A DNA stretch of 64,000 nt from Bacilli bacterium (GCA_028693035.1 JAQUWE010000003.1:8255-72254); one strand, 5' to 3'; positions 44,953-55,405 are shown, counted from the first letter of the stretch. Notes: generated by a model from the letters alone, not told the origin. Numbers and translations are program-made.

Positions 44953-47042
44953 TCTACAACATACTCTTTACGGCAATGAAATTCCTCTTGTTTTGACTTG
45001 TTGAAGTTTTGTACAGGACGATAATAGCCAACGACACGTGTCCAAACTTCGCAATCACTGCCACAAGTAGGGCAAATAAAGTGTTCTCCACTTATATACC
45101 CATGTTCCTTACAAACACTAAAGGTTGGTGTAATAGATAGATAAGGCAAACGATAATTATCAAAAATATTTTTAATTAAGTTTTTTGTAACTTCAGGATC
45201 GTGGATTCTCTCTCCCATAAAGGCATGGAGTACAGTACCACCTGTATATTTAGTCTGTAAATCATCTTGCAAGGTAATGGCTTCAAATAAGTCATCTGTT
45301 GCACCTACGGGAAGCTGGGTACTATTCGTGTAACAATCTTCCTTTTCTCCTGATGTAATAATATCTGGATACATCTTTTTATCAATGCGGGCAAGTCTTG
45401 GTGCTGTTCCTTCTGCAGGTGTTGCTTCTAGATTATACAAATCTCCATTTTCTTGGTACTCTGTTAATACATCATTCATAAAATCTAGAATATCCTTCGC
45501 AAATTCTTGTCCGTAAAGACCTGAAATATCTTCTTTTCCATCTGTAAAGTTTAAAATACATTCATTCATTCCAATAATACCAATGGTGTTGAAATGGTTT
45601 TTCCAATATTCTCCAAAACGTTCTTTGATATCTTGTAAGTAAAATTTACTATATGGGTAAAGGCCTTCTTCTGTATTCTTTTCAATAATTTTTCTTTTTG
45701 TTTCAAGAATATTTTGACACATATCCATTAAATCTTTTAAATGTTTTTTTAATTCTTTTTTATTTTTATATAAATAACCAAGTCTTGGAAGATTGATTGT
45801 AGTAATACCGATGCTTCCTGTTAGTGGGTTTGCGCCAAATAAACCTCCACCTCTTTTTCTTAAGACACGGTTATCAATACGAAGACGGCAACACATACTT
45901 CTTGCATCTTCTGGAGACATGTCACTATTTACAAAGTTTGCAAAGTAGGGAATTCCATATTTACTTGTCATTTTCATAACATCTGTTACAATAGGTCGTT
46001 CCCAGTCAAAATCTTTTCCAATATTGTAAGTCGGAATAGGGAAGGTAAAGATTCTACCACTTGCATCTCCTTCCGTCATGGCTTCACAAAAGGCTTTGTT
46101 TATAATATCCATTTCCTTTTGAAATTCGCCATAGGTTTCTTCTTTATATTCTCCTCCAATAATGACATGTTTATCTTTTAAAAGAGAAGTGACTTTTAAA
46201 TCTAATGTAATATTGAAAAAAGGAGTTTGAAAGCCTACTCTTGTAGGTACATTTACATTGAAAATAAATTCTTGCATCGCTTGCTTTACAGAGGCATAAT
46301 CTAAGCCATCATAGCGAATGAAAGGGGCTAGGTAAGTATCAAAACTAGAAAGGGCTTGCGCCCCTGCAGCTTCTCCTTGTAAGGTATAGATAAAGTTGAC
46401 GATTTGCCCTAAAGCACTTCTAAAGTGTTTGGCAGGTTTACTTTGTACTTTGTTTTGTACACCTCCAAAACCTTTCATCAAAAGTTGTTCTAAATCCCAT
46501 CCACAACAATAGGTAGACAAAAGGCATAAGTCATGGATATGAATGTCTCCATTTTCGTGTGCTTTTCTTTGTTCTAGGGTAAAAATATGATTGAGCCAGA
46601 AGTTCTTAGTGACTTCTGTAACCACATAATTGTTGAGTCCTTGCAATGAATAATTCATATTGGCATTTTCATTGACAGCCATATCGGAACCTTTTATATA
46701 GTGCGCGATCATTTTTTCGACAGCCTTGCTACTTAATTTATCGTTTCGTAGTAATTCCCTTTGATATCTATAACGGATATAGTTTTTAGAGACTTCTACT
46801 TTATTTGAATAGATAAGAGCTCTTTCAACAGCATCTTGTACTTGTTCAAGCCCTACAATAGGAATATTTAATCCTTCTAAATCTATCATGGCATTGTTGG
46901 CAAGTAATGCAGCTTCTCTTTTTATAGATGCATCTTCTTTATCTGGATAAGTTGCTTTCATTGCTTTTACAATGGCTTTTTCCATTTTCTCTTTTTTAAA
47001 TTCTTGTTTACTACCATTTCTTTTTACGATAAATTCTATCAT
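44949..47042 (-). CDS. nrdD: anaerobic ribonucleoside-triphosphate reductase (class III)
   Basis: N-terminal ATP-cone, the STYCCGWD and SMCCRLR cysteine motifs, a C-terminal CPTCGSDC zinc ribbon and the RVVGYYRP glycyl-radical motif. Confidence 0.9.
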   Translation of the reverse strand: MIEFIVKRNGSKQEFKKEKMEKAIVKAMKATYPDKEDASIKREAALLANNAMIDLEGLNIPIVGLEQVQDAVERALIYSNKVEVSKNYIRYRYQRELLRNDKLSSKAVEKMIAHYIKGSDMAVNENANMNYSLQGLNNYVVTEVTKNFWLNHIFTLEQRKAHENGDIHIHDLCLLSTYCCGWDLEQLLMKGFGGVQNKVQSKPAKHFRSALGQIVNFIYTLQGEAAGAQALSSFDTYLAPFIRYDGLDYASVKQAMQEFIFNVNVPTRVGFQTPFFNITLDLKVTSLLKDKHVIIGGEYKEETYGEFQKEMDIINKAFCEAMTEGDASGRIFTFPIPTYNIGKDFDWERPIVTDVMKMTSKYGIPYFANFVNSDMSPEDARSMCCRLRIDNRVLRKRGGGLFGANPLTGSIGITTINLPRLGYLYKNKKELKKHLKDLMDMCQNILETKRKIIEKNTEEGLYPYSKFYLQDIKERFGEYWKNHFNTIGIIGMNECILNFTDGKEDISGLYGQEFAKDILDFMNDVLTEYQENGDLYNLEATPAEGTAPRLARIDKKMYPDIITSGEKEDCYTNSTQLPVGATDDLFEAITLQDDLQTKYTGGTVLHAFMGERIHDPEVTKNLIKNIFDNYRLPYLSITPTFSVCKEHGYISGEHFICPTCGSDCEVWTRVVGYYRPVQNFNKSKQEEFHCRKEYVVE

Positions 47043-47404
47043 ACTTACAATCTCCTTCTTTTTGTTTGTGGTACCCTAATACCCTGATTATACACTTCAC
47101 GGAAATTAAAAGTCAATAGTAAAAAAGTAAAACATTTAGGATAATGTAAAATACTAGAAAATAATAAAAATACAAAAAAAGAATAAAAAAACATTAACCA
47201 ACAGTAGAACTGAAAAACAATATACGCCTTATAATATAAAGTGTAAATACGTATTTTGATAAGTAAAAATAAAAATGTTTTTTTTGATAAAAAATAAAAA
47301 TATGATAAAAATAAATTAAATTAAAATTTTGAAAATAGATTGATACAACAGATAAAATGCAGTATAATAGTAGAAGATAACTGGAAATAGTAGGAGGCAT
47401 ACAT

Positions 47405-49537
47405 ATGGTAGAAAAAAAGAAACCACTTGACACTTTAATTGTTGTAAAAAGAAGTGGGCAAAGAACAGAGTTTAATGGAGAAAAAATAGCCCTCGCAATT
47501 AAAAAAGCTTTTGATAGCGCTCTTACGGTGTATGATCCAGAAAGTGCAAATAAAGTATATGGTAAAGTTTTAGAAAAATTAGAAAAAGAATATCAAGATA
47601 GAAAGACCATCAAGATAGAAGATATTCAAGATAAAATAGAAGAACAACTCAAAAAAAGTAATTATATAGATGTTTATGAATCTTTTTCTAACTATCGTAT
47701 TAAAAGATCTCTATCTAGAGAAACGTTTGCTTTGAAGCAGCAACACAAATTTTTAAAAGCAATAGAGTCTTTGGGTTTATCTTCCTTAAAAGAAGGAGGA
47801 ACACCTCTTGCTTTGGAAGAACAAAGTCCAGCAGAAGTCATCTATAACTTTGGGGTTACTATTTCTAAGGAATTTGCGAAAGCTTACCTATTAGACAATA
47901 AGTTTGTAAGAGCTATGGATAGTGGTATGATTCACATTCATGGATTAGAGTTTTTATCAATGGGAACAACCTCTACCATTCAAGTAGAATTAGAAAAACT
48001 ATTTAAAAATGGCTTTTCTTTAGGCTATGGAAATAAAAGTATGCCATCAGATATCTATGAATATGCAAACAAAGCTGCTTTTGTTATAGAAGCTGCAGAA
48101 AATAACCAACATGGAAGTGCTGTGATAGGTGCATTTGATTATGCTATGGCGCCTGGTGTTTTAAAAACATTCAAAAAAATCTTTAAAAAACAGGTACACG
48201 AACTTTTGTTATATGAAGATATTTTTGAATTTGTAAATATAGAAAGAGTAGGTAAAGAAATTGATAAAATGGATAGTCTTTCTATTTCATTAAGTACTTT
48301 TGATTTTGCTTACAGAAATTCTAAAAAGATTTATCATTTGTTTGATGAAGCATATGAAAATGCGGTTATGGAAACAAAAGAGGATGTAAGAAAAGCAATG
48401 CTTTACTTTATAGAGAGTTTGAATGCAGTGTATGCAAAGGCAAAACCAAGAGATTACCTTTCTACCATTTGTTTTGGAACGGATACTTCTTTAGAAGGAC
48501 ATATGATTAGTGAAAGTATTCTTGATGTTTTAGATATGCTTAATAAAGAAGGAAAAACAGTAATTAGACCTGTTTCTATCTTTAAAGTCAAAGAAGGTAT
48601 CAATTTTACTAAAGAGGATATGCTATATAGTTTATATGAAAAAGCTGTAAATACAGCGCTTTATACAGGTCTTGTAAGGTTTAGTTTCCTTGATTCTCCA
48701 CCAAATAAAAAAATGTATAAAAAAACTGACTATACATCGGAGGTTACCTATACAGAAAAGGGAGAACGTACGGCTGAAGATGGTACAAGTGTGGATGTAC
48801 AAACATCTGGTGGAAAAGGAAATATTTCAGCAACTTCTCTAAATTTACCTAGACTTGCGATTAAATATGGTATTTGCACGAAAGAAAGAGAAACGGCAGA
48901 TATGAAAGGTTTCTATAAAGAATTAGAAGAATACTTAGATATTGTCAAAGACCAATTGTTAGAGAGATTTGAAATTCAGTGTAGTAAGCACAATTACAAT
49001 TTTCCTTTTTTAATAGGACAGGGTGTATGGAAAGATGGAGAAAAGGCTAAAGATACAGATCGTCTACGTAAAATATTAAAACATGGAAATTTAACCATTC
49101 ATTTTGTAGGTCTTGCGGAAGCTTTAACCGCTCTTATTGGAAAACACCATGGACAAAGTGAGGAAGCTTTAGAATTAGGTTTAGAAATCGTTACTTTCAT
49201 GAAAAAGAAAACTGATATTTATACAGAAAGAAACAATCTTAATTTTGCGTTATCAGGTGTGAATTATAAACAAGAAAACGAAAGATTCATAAATATTGAT
49301 AAAGCTATTTATGGAAAAATAAAGGATGTAACAGATGGGGAATCTTATACAGAGTCTTTTCATATTCCTATGAAGAAAAAGATATCTGAAAAAGAAAGAA
49401 TAGAAAAAGAAGCACCATTTCATACGCTTACAAATGGTGGACATATATTTTACTATAATGGAAAAAGAGAGATTAAAGAATGCATGGATACTTTATCCCA
49501 TATGAAAGGGTCTGGGATTGGTTATACAAAAGTGTAG
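47405..49537 (+). CDS. NrdD-like protein with an ATP-cone that lacks the catalytic cysteines and zinc ribbon (degenerate class III RNR paralog)
   Basis: ATP-cone VVKRSGQRTEFNGEKIALAIKKAF. It shares the IHIHGLE and SLNLPRLA blocks with NrdD. GTTSTIQ replaces YCCGWD, there is no CCR motif, and the protein ends at GSGIGYTKV. Confidence 0.6.
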   Translation: MVEKKKPLDTLIVVKRSGQRTEFNGEKIALAIKKAFDSALTVYDPESANKVYGKVLEKLEKEYQDRKTIKIEDIQDKIEEQLKKSNYIDVYESFSNYRIKRSLSRETFALKQQHKFLKAIESLGLSSLKEGGTPLALEEQSPAEVIYNFGVTISKEFAKAYLLDNKFVRAMDSGMIHIHGLEFLSMGTTSTIQVELEKLFKNGFSLGYGNKSMPSDIYEYANKAAFVIEAAENNQHGSAVIGAFDYAMAPGVLKTFKKIFKKQVHELLLYEDIFEFVNIERVGKEIDKMDSLSISLSTFDFAYRNSKKIYHLFDEAYENAVMETKEDVRKAMLYFIESLNAVYAKAKPRDYLSTICFGTDTSLEGHMISESILDVLDMLNKEGKTVIRPVSIFKVKEGINFTKEDMLYSLYEKAVNTALYTGLVRFSFLDSPPNKKMYKKTDYTSEVTYTEKGERTAEDGTSVDVQTSGGKGNISATSLNLPRLAIKYGICTKERETADMKGFYKELEEYLDIVKDQLLERFEIQCSKHNYNFPFLIGQGVWKDGEKAKDTDRLRKILKHGNLTIHFVGLAEALTALIGKHHGQSEEALELGLEIVTFMKKKTDIYTERNNLNFALSGVNYKQENERFINIDKAIYGKIKDVTDGESYTESFHIPMKKKISEKERIEKEAPFHTLTNGGHIFYYNGKREIKECMDTLSHMKGSGIGYTKV

Positions 49538-49670
49538 TAGAGGAGAAGAAATAGGAAGACAAACGTTTCTTCTTTTTTTTATAAATTTTGAAAGGAAGGG
49601 ATTTATTTTTTATAAAAGTGTGCTATAATATAAATTGTAATGAAGAAATGGTTTACTAAATTAAGTATAT

Positions 49671-49746
49671 GTCTCCGTAGCTCAGTTGGTAGAGCAACTG
49701 ACTCTTAATCAGTGGGTCCACGGTTCGAGCCCGTGCGGGGACACCA
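49671..49746 (+). tRNA. tRNA-Lys (anticodon CTT), CCA encoded
   Basis: Manual cloverleaf: acceptor GTCTCCG/CGGGGAC, anticodon stem ACTGA/TCAGT with loop CTCTTAA, and T arm CACGG-TTCGAGC-CCGTG. Confidence 0.9.
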
Positions 49747-49756
49747 ATTTGAATTT

Positions 49757-49783
49757 AAAGATAGTTTTTCTATCTTTTTTTTA
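49757..49783 (+). terminator. intrinsic terminator after tRNA-Lys
   Basis: AAAGATAG-ttttt-CTATCTTT followed by a T run. Confidence 0.7.
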
Positions 49784-49945
49784 TAATAAAAATTGATTTA
49801 AAGTTATTGATTCTAAATGAATCTTAACAATGTTAATCGTACTATTAGAATGTTAAAAAATAAAAATTTATCAATACAAACATCAAAAGACTTATTCCTA
49901 TTATCAAGAAAATAGTATATAATTAATTTGTTAGGAGGTTGTTGT

Positions 49946-50965
49946 ATGGAACATTATAACACAATAATAATTGGTGGTGGCTTATCTGGGTGTACTCTCG
50001 GTTATTTACTAAGAAAACAAGAAAAAAAGGTTTTAATAATTGAAAAGCAAAAACTAACATTAAAAAATAAATTGTGTGGTGGTCTTTTAACTAATAAATC
50101 GCTTGAACTCTTAAAGAAAATTTACAAGGATAACAATTTAGAAGAACTTAATATTAAAAGTTATGATAAGGCAAAAATCACTAATAACAATATTACATTC
50201 GATGTCGACAATATAAATACTTATAGTACTTATAGAAAAAAATTAGATGATTATGTTTTAAATAAATATAAAAGTTTAGATGGAGAAATAGTAGATAAGA
50301 CCACATATGATTATATAGACTTTGATAATAATATTGTTTATTTTGAAGATAGACAAATCTCATTTGATTCTATTGTGGGTGCAGATGGGGTATTTAGTCA
50401 ATTGAGAAAAGATGTTATGAATAAAAATCAGAGAATGAACTTTGCACTTGAAGTTGCCTGTGAAAGCAGTAATTTTAATGAGGTCAATATTTCTTTTTTT
50501 GATAATTTTAAGGGTTATGGATGGATTATTCCAAATGAAAATTATGCGATGGTTGGTATTGGAAATGTTGATGAAAAAAATAAAATTGATAATGATTTCA
50601 ATAGTTATTTGAAAGGAATTAATATTAGACCAACAAATAAAAAGGGTGCTTTTCTACCTACAGGAAATGATATTTTACTTAATTATAAAAATAATATATT
50701 TTTTGTAGGAGATAGTGCAGGCTTAATATCACCTATTACAGGGGAAGGAATTTATTATTCATTATATTCTGCCTTGATTTTAAGCAATACTATGAATAAA
50801 AATTACAGTAAAAATATGAATTTTATTATAAAAAATATTAAAAGGGATTTGTTTTTTATGAAGTTTGTATATAATAATAAAATAAGAAATTATCTGTTTT
50901 CAAAATATAAAAAGAACAAAAACATTACAAAACGTATTAACAAATTTGCTAAACATATATTATAA
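49946..50965 (+). CDS. FAD-dependent oxidoreductase, geranylgeranyl reductase-like family
   Basis: IIIGGGLSGC dinucleotide motif, KLCGGLL, GADGVFSQLR and GDSAGLISPITGEGI. Confidence 0.65.
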   Translation: MEHYNTIIIGGGLSGCTLGYLLRKQEKKVLIIEKQKLTLKNKLCGGLLTNKSLELLKKIYKDNNLEELNIKSYDKAKITNNNITFDVDNINTYSTYRKKLDDYVLNKYKSLDGEIVDKTTYDYIDFDNNIVYFEDRQISFDSIVGADGVFSQLRKDVMNKNQRMNFALEVACESSNFNEVNISFFDNFKGYGWIIPNENYAMVGIGNVDEKNKIDNDFNSYLKGINIRPTNKKGAFLPTGNDILLNYKNNIFFVGDSAGLISPITGEGIYYSLYSALILSNTMNKNYSKNMNFIIKNIKRDLFFMKFVYNNKIRNYLFSKYKKNKNITKRINKFAKHIL

Positions 50966-51051
50966 TTAAAACATCTTTAATGAACGGTGGTTAAAGTATA
51001 ACCAAGTAGAATTAGGTATTATTAAAAAACTATATAATAAGGAGATAAGAA

Positions 51052-51597
51052 ATGGATGAATTAATGAAACATTTAAATGGTTTTAAAATATCTGCTCGAA
51101 GAATAGAAACTCTTCCTGTATATAAAATAGAGGATGATGAGTGGGAGGAATATCAAAATTATATAAATGGTGTTCCCGAACATTCTTTTGAACCTAGTGA
51201 TTGGTTTAGGACTGTAGTGCAACACACAAAAAATGGTAGAGTGGTTGAGAGAATTAGGGTCATACCGGAAGAGATTAATCCGTATATAATATTTGAGTTC
51301 GAAACGGGTTATGTACCACATTCAGTGGCAGGAGAAAAGATTCATACAATTAGTATAGAAAAATATAATGCCTTACTTAGTCAAATTAAAAAGGGTGATT
51401 TTTGGATTTTTGATGATGAAACAGTTCTCGAAATGATTTATAGTGATGACGGTAAATTTTTGGGTACCAATGTTGTTGATGAATCATTTGCGGTACAGGA
51501 ATTTATTAGATCTTACGATAAAATCAAAAAAGATGCTGATGATTTTTCTGCAGTATTAAAAATTATTCGAAATAAAAGTATAAAAAAAGAATATTAA
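51052..51597 (+). CDS. hypothetical protein (DUF6879-like by recollection)
   Basis: Good SD AAGGAG. No catalytic motif recognised. Confidence 0.35.
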   Translation: MDELMKHLNGFKISARRIETLPVYKIEDDEWEEYQNYINGVPEHSFEPSDWFRTVVQHTKNGRVVERIRVIPEEINPYIIFEFETGYVPHSVAGEKIHTISIEKYNALLSQIKKGDFWIFDDETVLEMIYSDDGKFLGTNVVDESFAVQEFIRSYDKIKKDADDFSAVLKIIRNKSIKKEY

Positions 51598-51716
51598 ATC
51601 AGTAGAAATTATATTGTTAATTTTTACGTTAATTGTAGTATAGATTTTGCTAAATATAAACACATAGATTATAATACATAATTTTGGTGTGATTGACTTA
51701 TAGTAGGAGTGAAAAT

Positions 51717-52577
51717 ATGAGAGAAGATATCATAAAAAATAGCGTTTATTTTTTAAAGTTAAATGAAATTGATTATTATATTAAACAGAATACAACATTT
51801 AAATCAATATTTGATAATACTGATAAAGAAAAATTAATTGAAATATATTATAGAAACAAACAAAATAGTAATGTATTTAATGGCGTATCTACTAGATTAG
51901 ATAAAATTATTTTAAATAAGCAAAACTGTATTTTAGAAATATCAAAAGTTAATTATTTTGATTTAATAACCTCCAATATGTTATATTTTAAACCCAACCA
52001 ATGGTTAGATAATTGCTTAAGTGAAGATGAATTAAACTTTTGTAAAAATAAGATAGGGGAAATAAGAGGTGTAATAGAAGGTCATAAGAAATTAGAAGAT
52101 ATTATAAATAATGAAAACATTTCAAATATTATGGCTGTTAGTGTATTAATAGAGGATATGGATGGTAAAATTGGTATTACAAAAAGAACATCCAATGTCA
52201 GTATGTCATCTGGATTTGTTAGTACTTCAGTAACCGGATCTGTTGATGGAGAAAATTATCTTGATGATAATCCACTTATTCACTGTGTTAACAAAGAAGT
52301 GTTTGAAGAATTGGGATTAAAAATAAATCAAATAGAACTAAAGGGACTTGCAATCTCTAAAACAAAATTACAACCAATTTTCCTCTTTAATGCTAAATTA
52401 GATGATACTTGGGAAAACGTAATACAAAAGATGAAATCAGCTAAAGATTATAAAAAGGAAATAGAAAAATTTTCTATCGTTTCAATTTCTGATATTCCAG
52501 GGTTATTAACTAATAATGAATTATCAGATGCTACAAGATATCATATTTATTTAAAGTATAAGGGAAATAATAAATAA
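51717..52577 (+). CDS. Nudix-fold-like protein with a degenerate Nudix box
   Basis: AVSVLIEDMDGKIGITKRT...SGF...TGSVDGE...CVNKEVFEELGL resembles Gx5Ex7REUxEExGU, but R is replaced by K and the first E is absent. Start moved to ATG 51717, after AGGAG. Confidence 0.4.
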   Translation: MREDIIKNSVYFLKLNEIDYYIKQNTTFKSIFDNTDKEKLIEIYYRNKQNSNVFNGVSTRLDKIILNKQNCILEISKVNYFDLITSNMLYFKPNQWLDNCLSEDELNFCKNKIGEIRGVIEGHKKLEDIINNENISNIMAVSVLIEDMDGKIGITKRTSNVSMSSGFVSTSVTGSVDGENYLDDNPLIHCVNKEVFEELGLKINQIELKGLAISKTKLQPIFLFNAKLDDTWENVIQKMKSAKDYKKEIEKFSIVSISDIPGLLTNNELSDATRYHIYLKYKGNNK

Positions 52578-52681
52578 TATAAAGAGAACTAGTCATAGTC
52601 TCTTTTTTGATGATATAATATTGATGAGATTGAAATTATAAAAACAAAATAAATTTATTTTTAAATCAAAGGAGAATGAAA

Positions 52682-53011
52682 ATGTTAGAACTAGAAGAAT
52701 TTGAAAAAGTAGATATGAGAGTAGGAACCATTACAGATGCTTCTTTAAATAAACGTGCTAGAAAACCTGCTTATAAACTAAAAATAGATATGGGAGAAAC
52801 ACTAGGTATTAAAAATTCTTCTGCCCAAATCACAGAATTATATAGTGCAGAAGAACTAATAGGAAGACAAGTTGTTGTAGTAACCAATTTCGCACCTATT
52901 AGAATTGCTGATGTAAAAAGTGAAGTACGTATTCTAGGTGCTGATACCAAAGAAGGGGTCGTACTATTGTCACTAGAAAGACCTTTAGAAAATGGTGCTA
53001 AAATATATTAA
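52682..53011 (+). CDS. csaA: tRNA-binding domain protein (CsaA-like chaperone)
   Basis: FEKVDMRVGTI...AYKLKIDMGE...SSAQIT...GRQVVVVTNFAP pattern typical of CsaA and the tRNA-binding OB fold. Confidence 0.75.
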   Translation: MLELEEFEKVDMRVGTITDASLNKRARKPAYKLKIDMGETLGIKNSSAQITELYSAEELIGRQVVVVTNFAPIRIADVKSEVRILGADTKEGVVLLSLERPLENGAKIY

Positions 53012-53042
53012 AACAAACAAAAAATGGATTGCTCCATTTTTT

Positions 53043-54563
53043 TTATGCTCTTTTCTTTTCCCATAACATGTATTTAAAACGTTTTTCTTCATACGTAACA
53101 TTAACATCCATTCGCTTGGTATAATTTTTACGAATATGAGGTGGATATTTTCTTGGTACAAAATAATTCAAAGGGGTTCTTGTAATTACAAAATCAACTT
53201 CCCTGTGTTTAATCATACGATTTTGTTCTCTTGTAATATAAGGATATACAGAATCAGAAATATTTTGTTTTTGAAAATAACGATTGATAGGAAGTTTACC
53301 TGTTACCGTATAAAAACCACCATCTAAAAATCCATAATTTAAAAGTGTAGAATCTTTTTCTTTATTAATTACTTCAGCAAACTTGTACTGTACCAAATCC
53401 TTTTTAGTTCCGATAGGCCAAATAGAGTGGGTATTAGGAGAACCATAGAATGTAAGTGCAAAAAAGACAGACGTTACTATAATAAAAATAGCTTCTTTGT
53501 TTTGTTTTAAAGCAAATCCATATTCTTTTTGAAGCACTGAACCAAGCGCAATCACACCAAATACAGAAAAAGGAACTAAAATTAAATAATAATAACGGAA
53601 AGATACCCCTCCACAGAAGACACCGATACATAAAAATAAATAAGTCATAAAAATAATAATTTTGTATTCCTTTTTATGAAAATGTTTTTTATCTAAGAAA
53701 ATAAATAAAGCACCTGTTAATAATAAAAGACCAATTCCTAAGTTTCTGGAAATAAAACGCAAAGGTTTATCAATTACCATAAAGAACTTCAAAAGAGGAG
53801 AAATAGTAGATACATAATATTTAACATTAAAAAGAAGATAAGAATTAATAAAAGCATCCATCGCATGGTTCCACAAAAAGTAAAAGATCCAAGGTATGAC
53901 AGGAACAAACATACCACCTAAGAAAATAAAACAACTAAGGAAAGCTTTTTTTATTTCCTTTTCTTTTAACATAAGGAAGAATAAACACATCATGAAAGCA
54001 AACCAAAATCCCAACATCGAAAATTTGATAGTAAAAACAAAACCTGCCATCAAACCATTGATAAAAATCATTTTATAACTTGGTGTATCTTTTTTACTTT
54101 GAAAGAAACGGACCAAAGAATAAATACTATACATCAAAAATGGGAGACATAGTTCTTCCGCACTATCTCCGTGAGAAAAGGCGGGAAGTGTTAAAATAAT
54201 AAAACTAATAAAAGGTAGAGCACATATAGAAAGACTCTTCTTTAAAAATAGATGACATGTTTGATAAAAATAATATAAAAAGAAAGTAAAAGAAACAACT
54301 TCTATAACAAAGACCCCTAAGAAAGACCTATAAGAGATAAGAGAGGCAATCGCGTGATAAAAAAATAGAAGTGGTCCTTTTTGATCAAACAAATCCATAT
54401 AAAGAACTTTACCATGAAACATACCTTTTCCAACAGTAAAGAAACAATTGGCATCCATCCATTCATTTAAGGGATACAAGAAAGATGATTTGGTACCAAT
54501 CAGTAAAAATAGGAACGCTGTTAAAAAACAAATCCCCATTATTTTTAAACGACTCTTTTTCAT
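53043..54563 (-). CDS. GT-C fold membrane glycosyltransferase (ArnT/PMT-like)
   Basis: About 12 TM helices. The first loop contains YMDLFDQKGPLLF, resembling the DxD/KPP loop of GT39/GT83 enzymes. Confidence 0.5.
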   Translation of the reverse strand: MKKSRLKIMGICFLTAFLFLLIGTKSSFLYPLNEWMDANCFFTVGKGMFHGKVLYMDLFDQKGPLLFFYHAIASLISYRSFLGVFVIEVVSFTFFLYYFYQTCHLFLKKSLSICALPFISFIILTLPAFSHGDSAEELCLPFLMYSIYSLVRFFQSKKDTPSYKMIFINGLMAGFVFTIKFSMLGFWFAFMMCLFFLMLKEKEIKKAFLSCFIFLGGMFVPVIPWIFYFLWNHAMDAFINSYLLFNVKYYVSTISPLLKFFMVIDKPLRFISRNLGIGLLLLTGALFIFLDKKHFHKKEYKIIIFMTYLFLCIGVFCGGVSFRYYYLILVPFSVFGVIALGSVLQKEYGFALKQNKEAIFIIVTSVFFALTFYGSPNTHSIWPIGTKKDLVQYKFAEVINKEKDSTLLNYGFLDGGFYTVTGKLPINRYFQKQNISDSVYPYITREQNRMIKHREVDFVITRTPLNYFVPRKYPPHIRKNYTKRMDVNVTYEEKRFKYMLWEKKRA

Positions 54564-54659
54564 ATATATAACTCCATTTCCGTTTCATTATAGCATAACT
54601 GTTTGCTAAATAAGTGAATATATTGTCATTATTAAACAAAATAAAAATAGTATACACTA

Positions 54660-54953
54660 TTATATAAATAGGAATACTACTTGGAAAACAGTGATACAAA
54701 AAGAGAGATAAAATAAGATAAGAGGAATACTTCTTTCCTGTTTCTCTAATTTCTTTCTTTTTAAGGACATAGATATACCAAGACCAATCATAATACCCTG
54801 TATTAAGAAAAATCCAATAAAAAATCCAATTTTTTTAGAAGAATCTAAAATTGCTAAAGTTTCTTTTGTTTTTGAAATATCTAAAAAAGTAATAAAAGTA
54901 AAAAGTAGGGTAAATATACCAAAGACAAGTAGGGTGTTTTTATTTTTGTTCAT
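54660..54953 (-). CDS. small membrane protein
   Basis: Three predicted TM helices. No motif recognised. Confidence 0.4.
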   Translation of the reverse strand: MNKNKNTLLVFGIFTLLFTFITFLDISKTKETLAILDSSKKIGFFIGFFLIQGIMIGLGISMSLKRKKLEKQERSIPLILFYLSFCITVFQVVFLFI

Positions 54954-55208
54954 TGTACTTTATGCCTCATTTCTATTTTATATTATACTTATTTTTATAG
55001 AAAAAGACAAATCAAAACCATTGATTTATATAAATATTTAAAGTATAATAAAAAAGCGAGATGAGCAGAATATAATAAAAGAAACAAAAACATATATTAT
55101 ATAAGATTTAAATAAGATGATTTTATTTGAAAAGAGTAGGCAAAATCTACATTTTAAAATTAAAAAATAAACTTTTTAATAAAAAGATAAAAAAAATGTA
55201 AAAAAGTA

Positions 55209-55237
55209 TTGCCAAATCACATAAAATAAGTTATACT
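55209..55237 (+). promoter_or_regulatory. promoter of the tRNA cluster
   Basis: TTGCCA, a 17-nt spacer, then TATACT, about 25 nt upstream of tRNA-Ile. Confidence 0.5.
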
Positions 55238-55261
55238 TAATTAGTCTTTGACATGTTAAAT

Positions 55262-55338
<77 letters not shown>

Positions 55339-55405
55339 TTTATATTGTTAAAATGTATTGCATTTTAGAAGACTTTATATTATAATGAAATAGCAATTTC
55401 GTATT

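Noticed and set aside
47043-47404. NrdR boxes in the divergent nrdD / nrdD-like control region
   Set aside because: I found only weak half-matches to the 16-bp NrdR palindrome, for example around ATAATATAAAGTGT at about 47230-47250. No convincing tandem pair at helical spacing could be identified by eye, and no nrdR gene is in the window.
49747-52600. Prophage or integrative element at tRNA-Lys
   Set aside because: I found no integrase, recombinase, phage-like genes or direct repeat of the tRNA 3-prime end by eye. I keep only the weaker claim of an AT-rich accessory block, which is listed as a finding.
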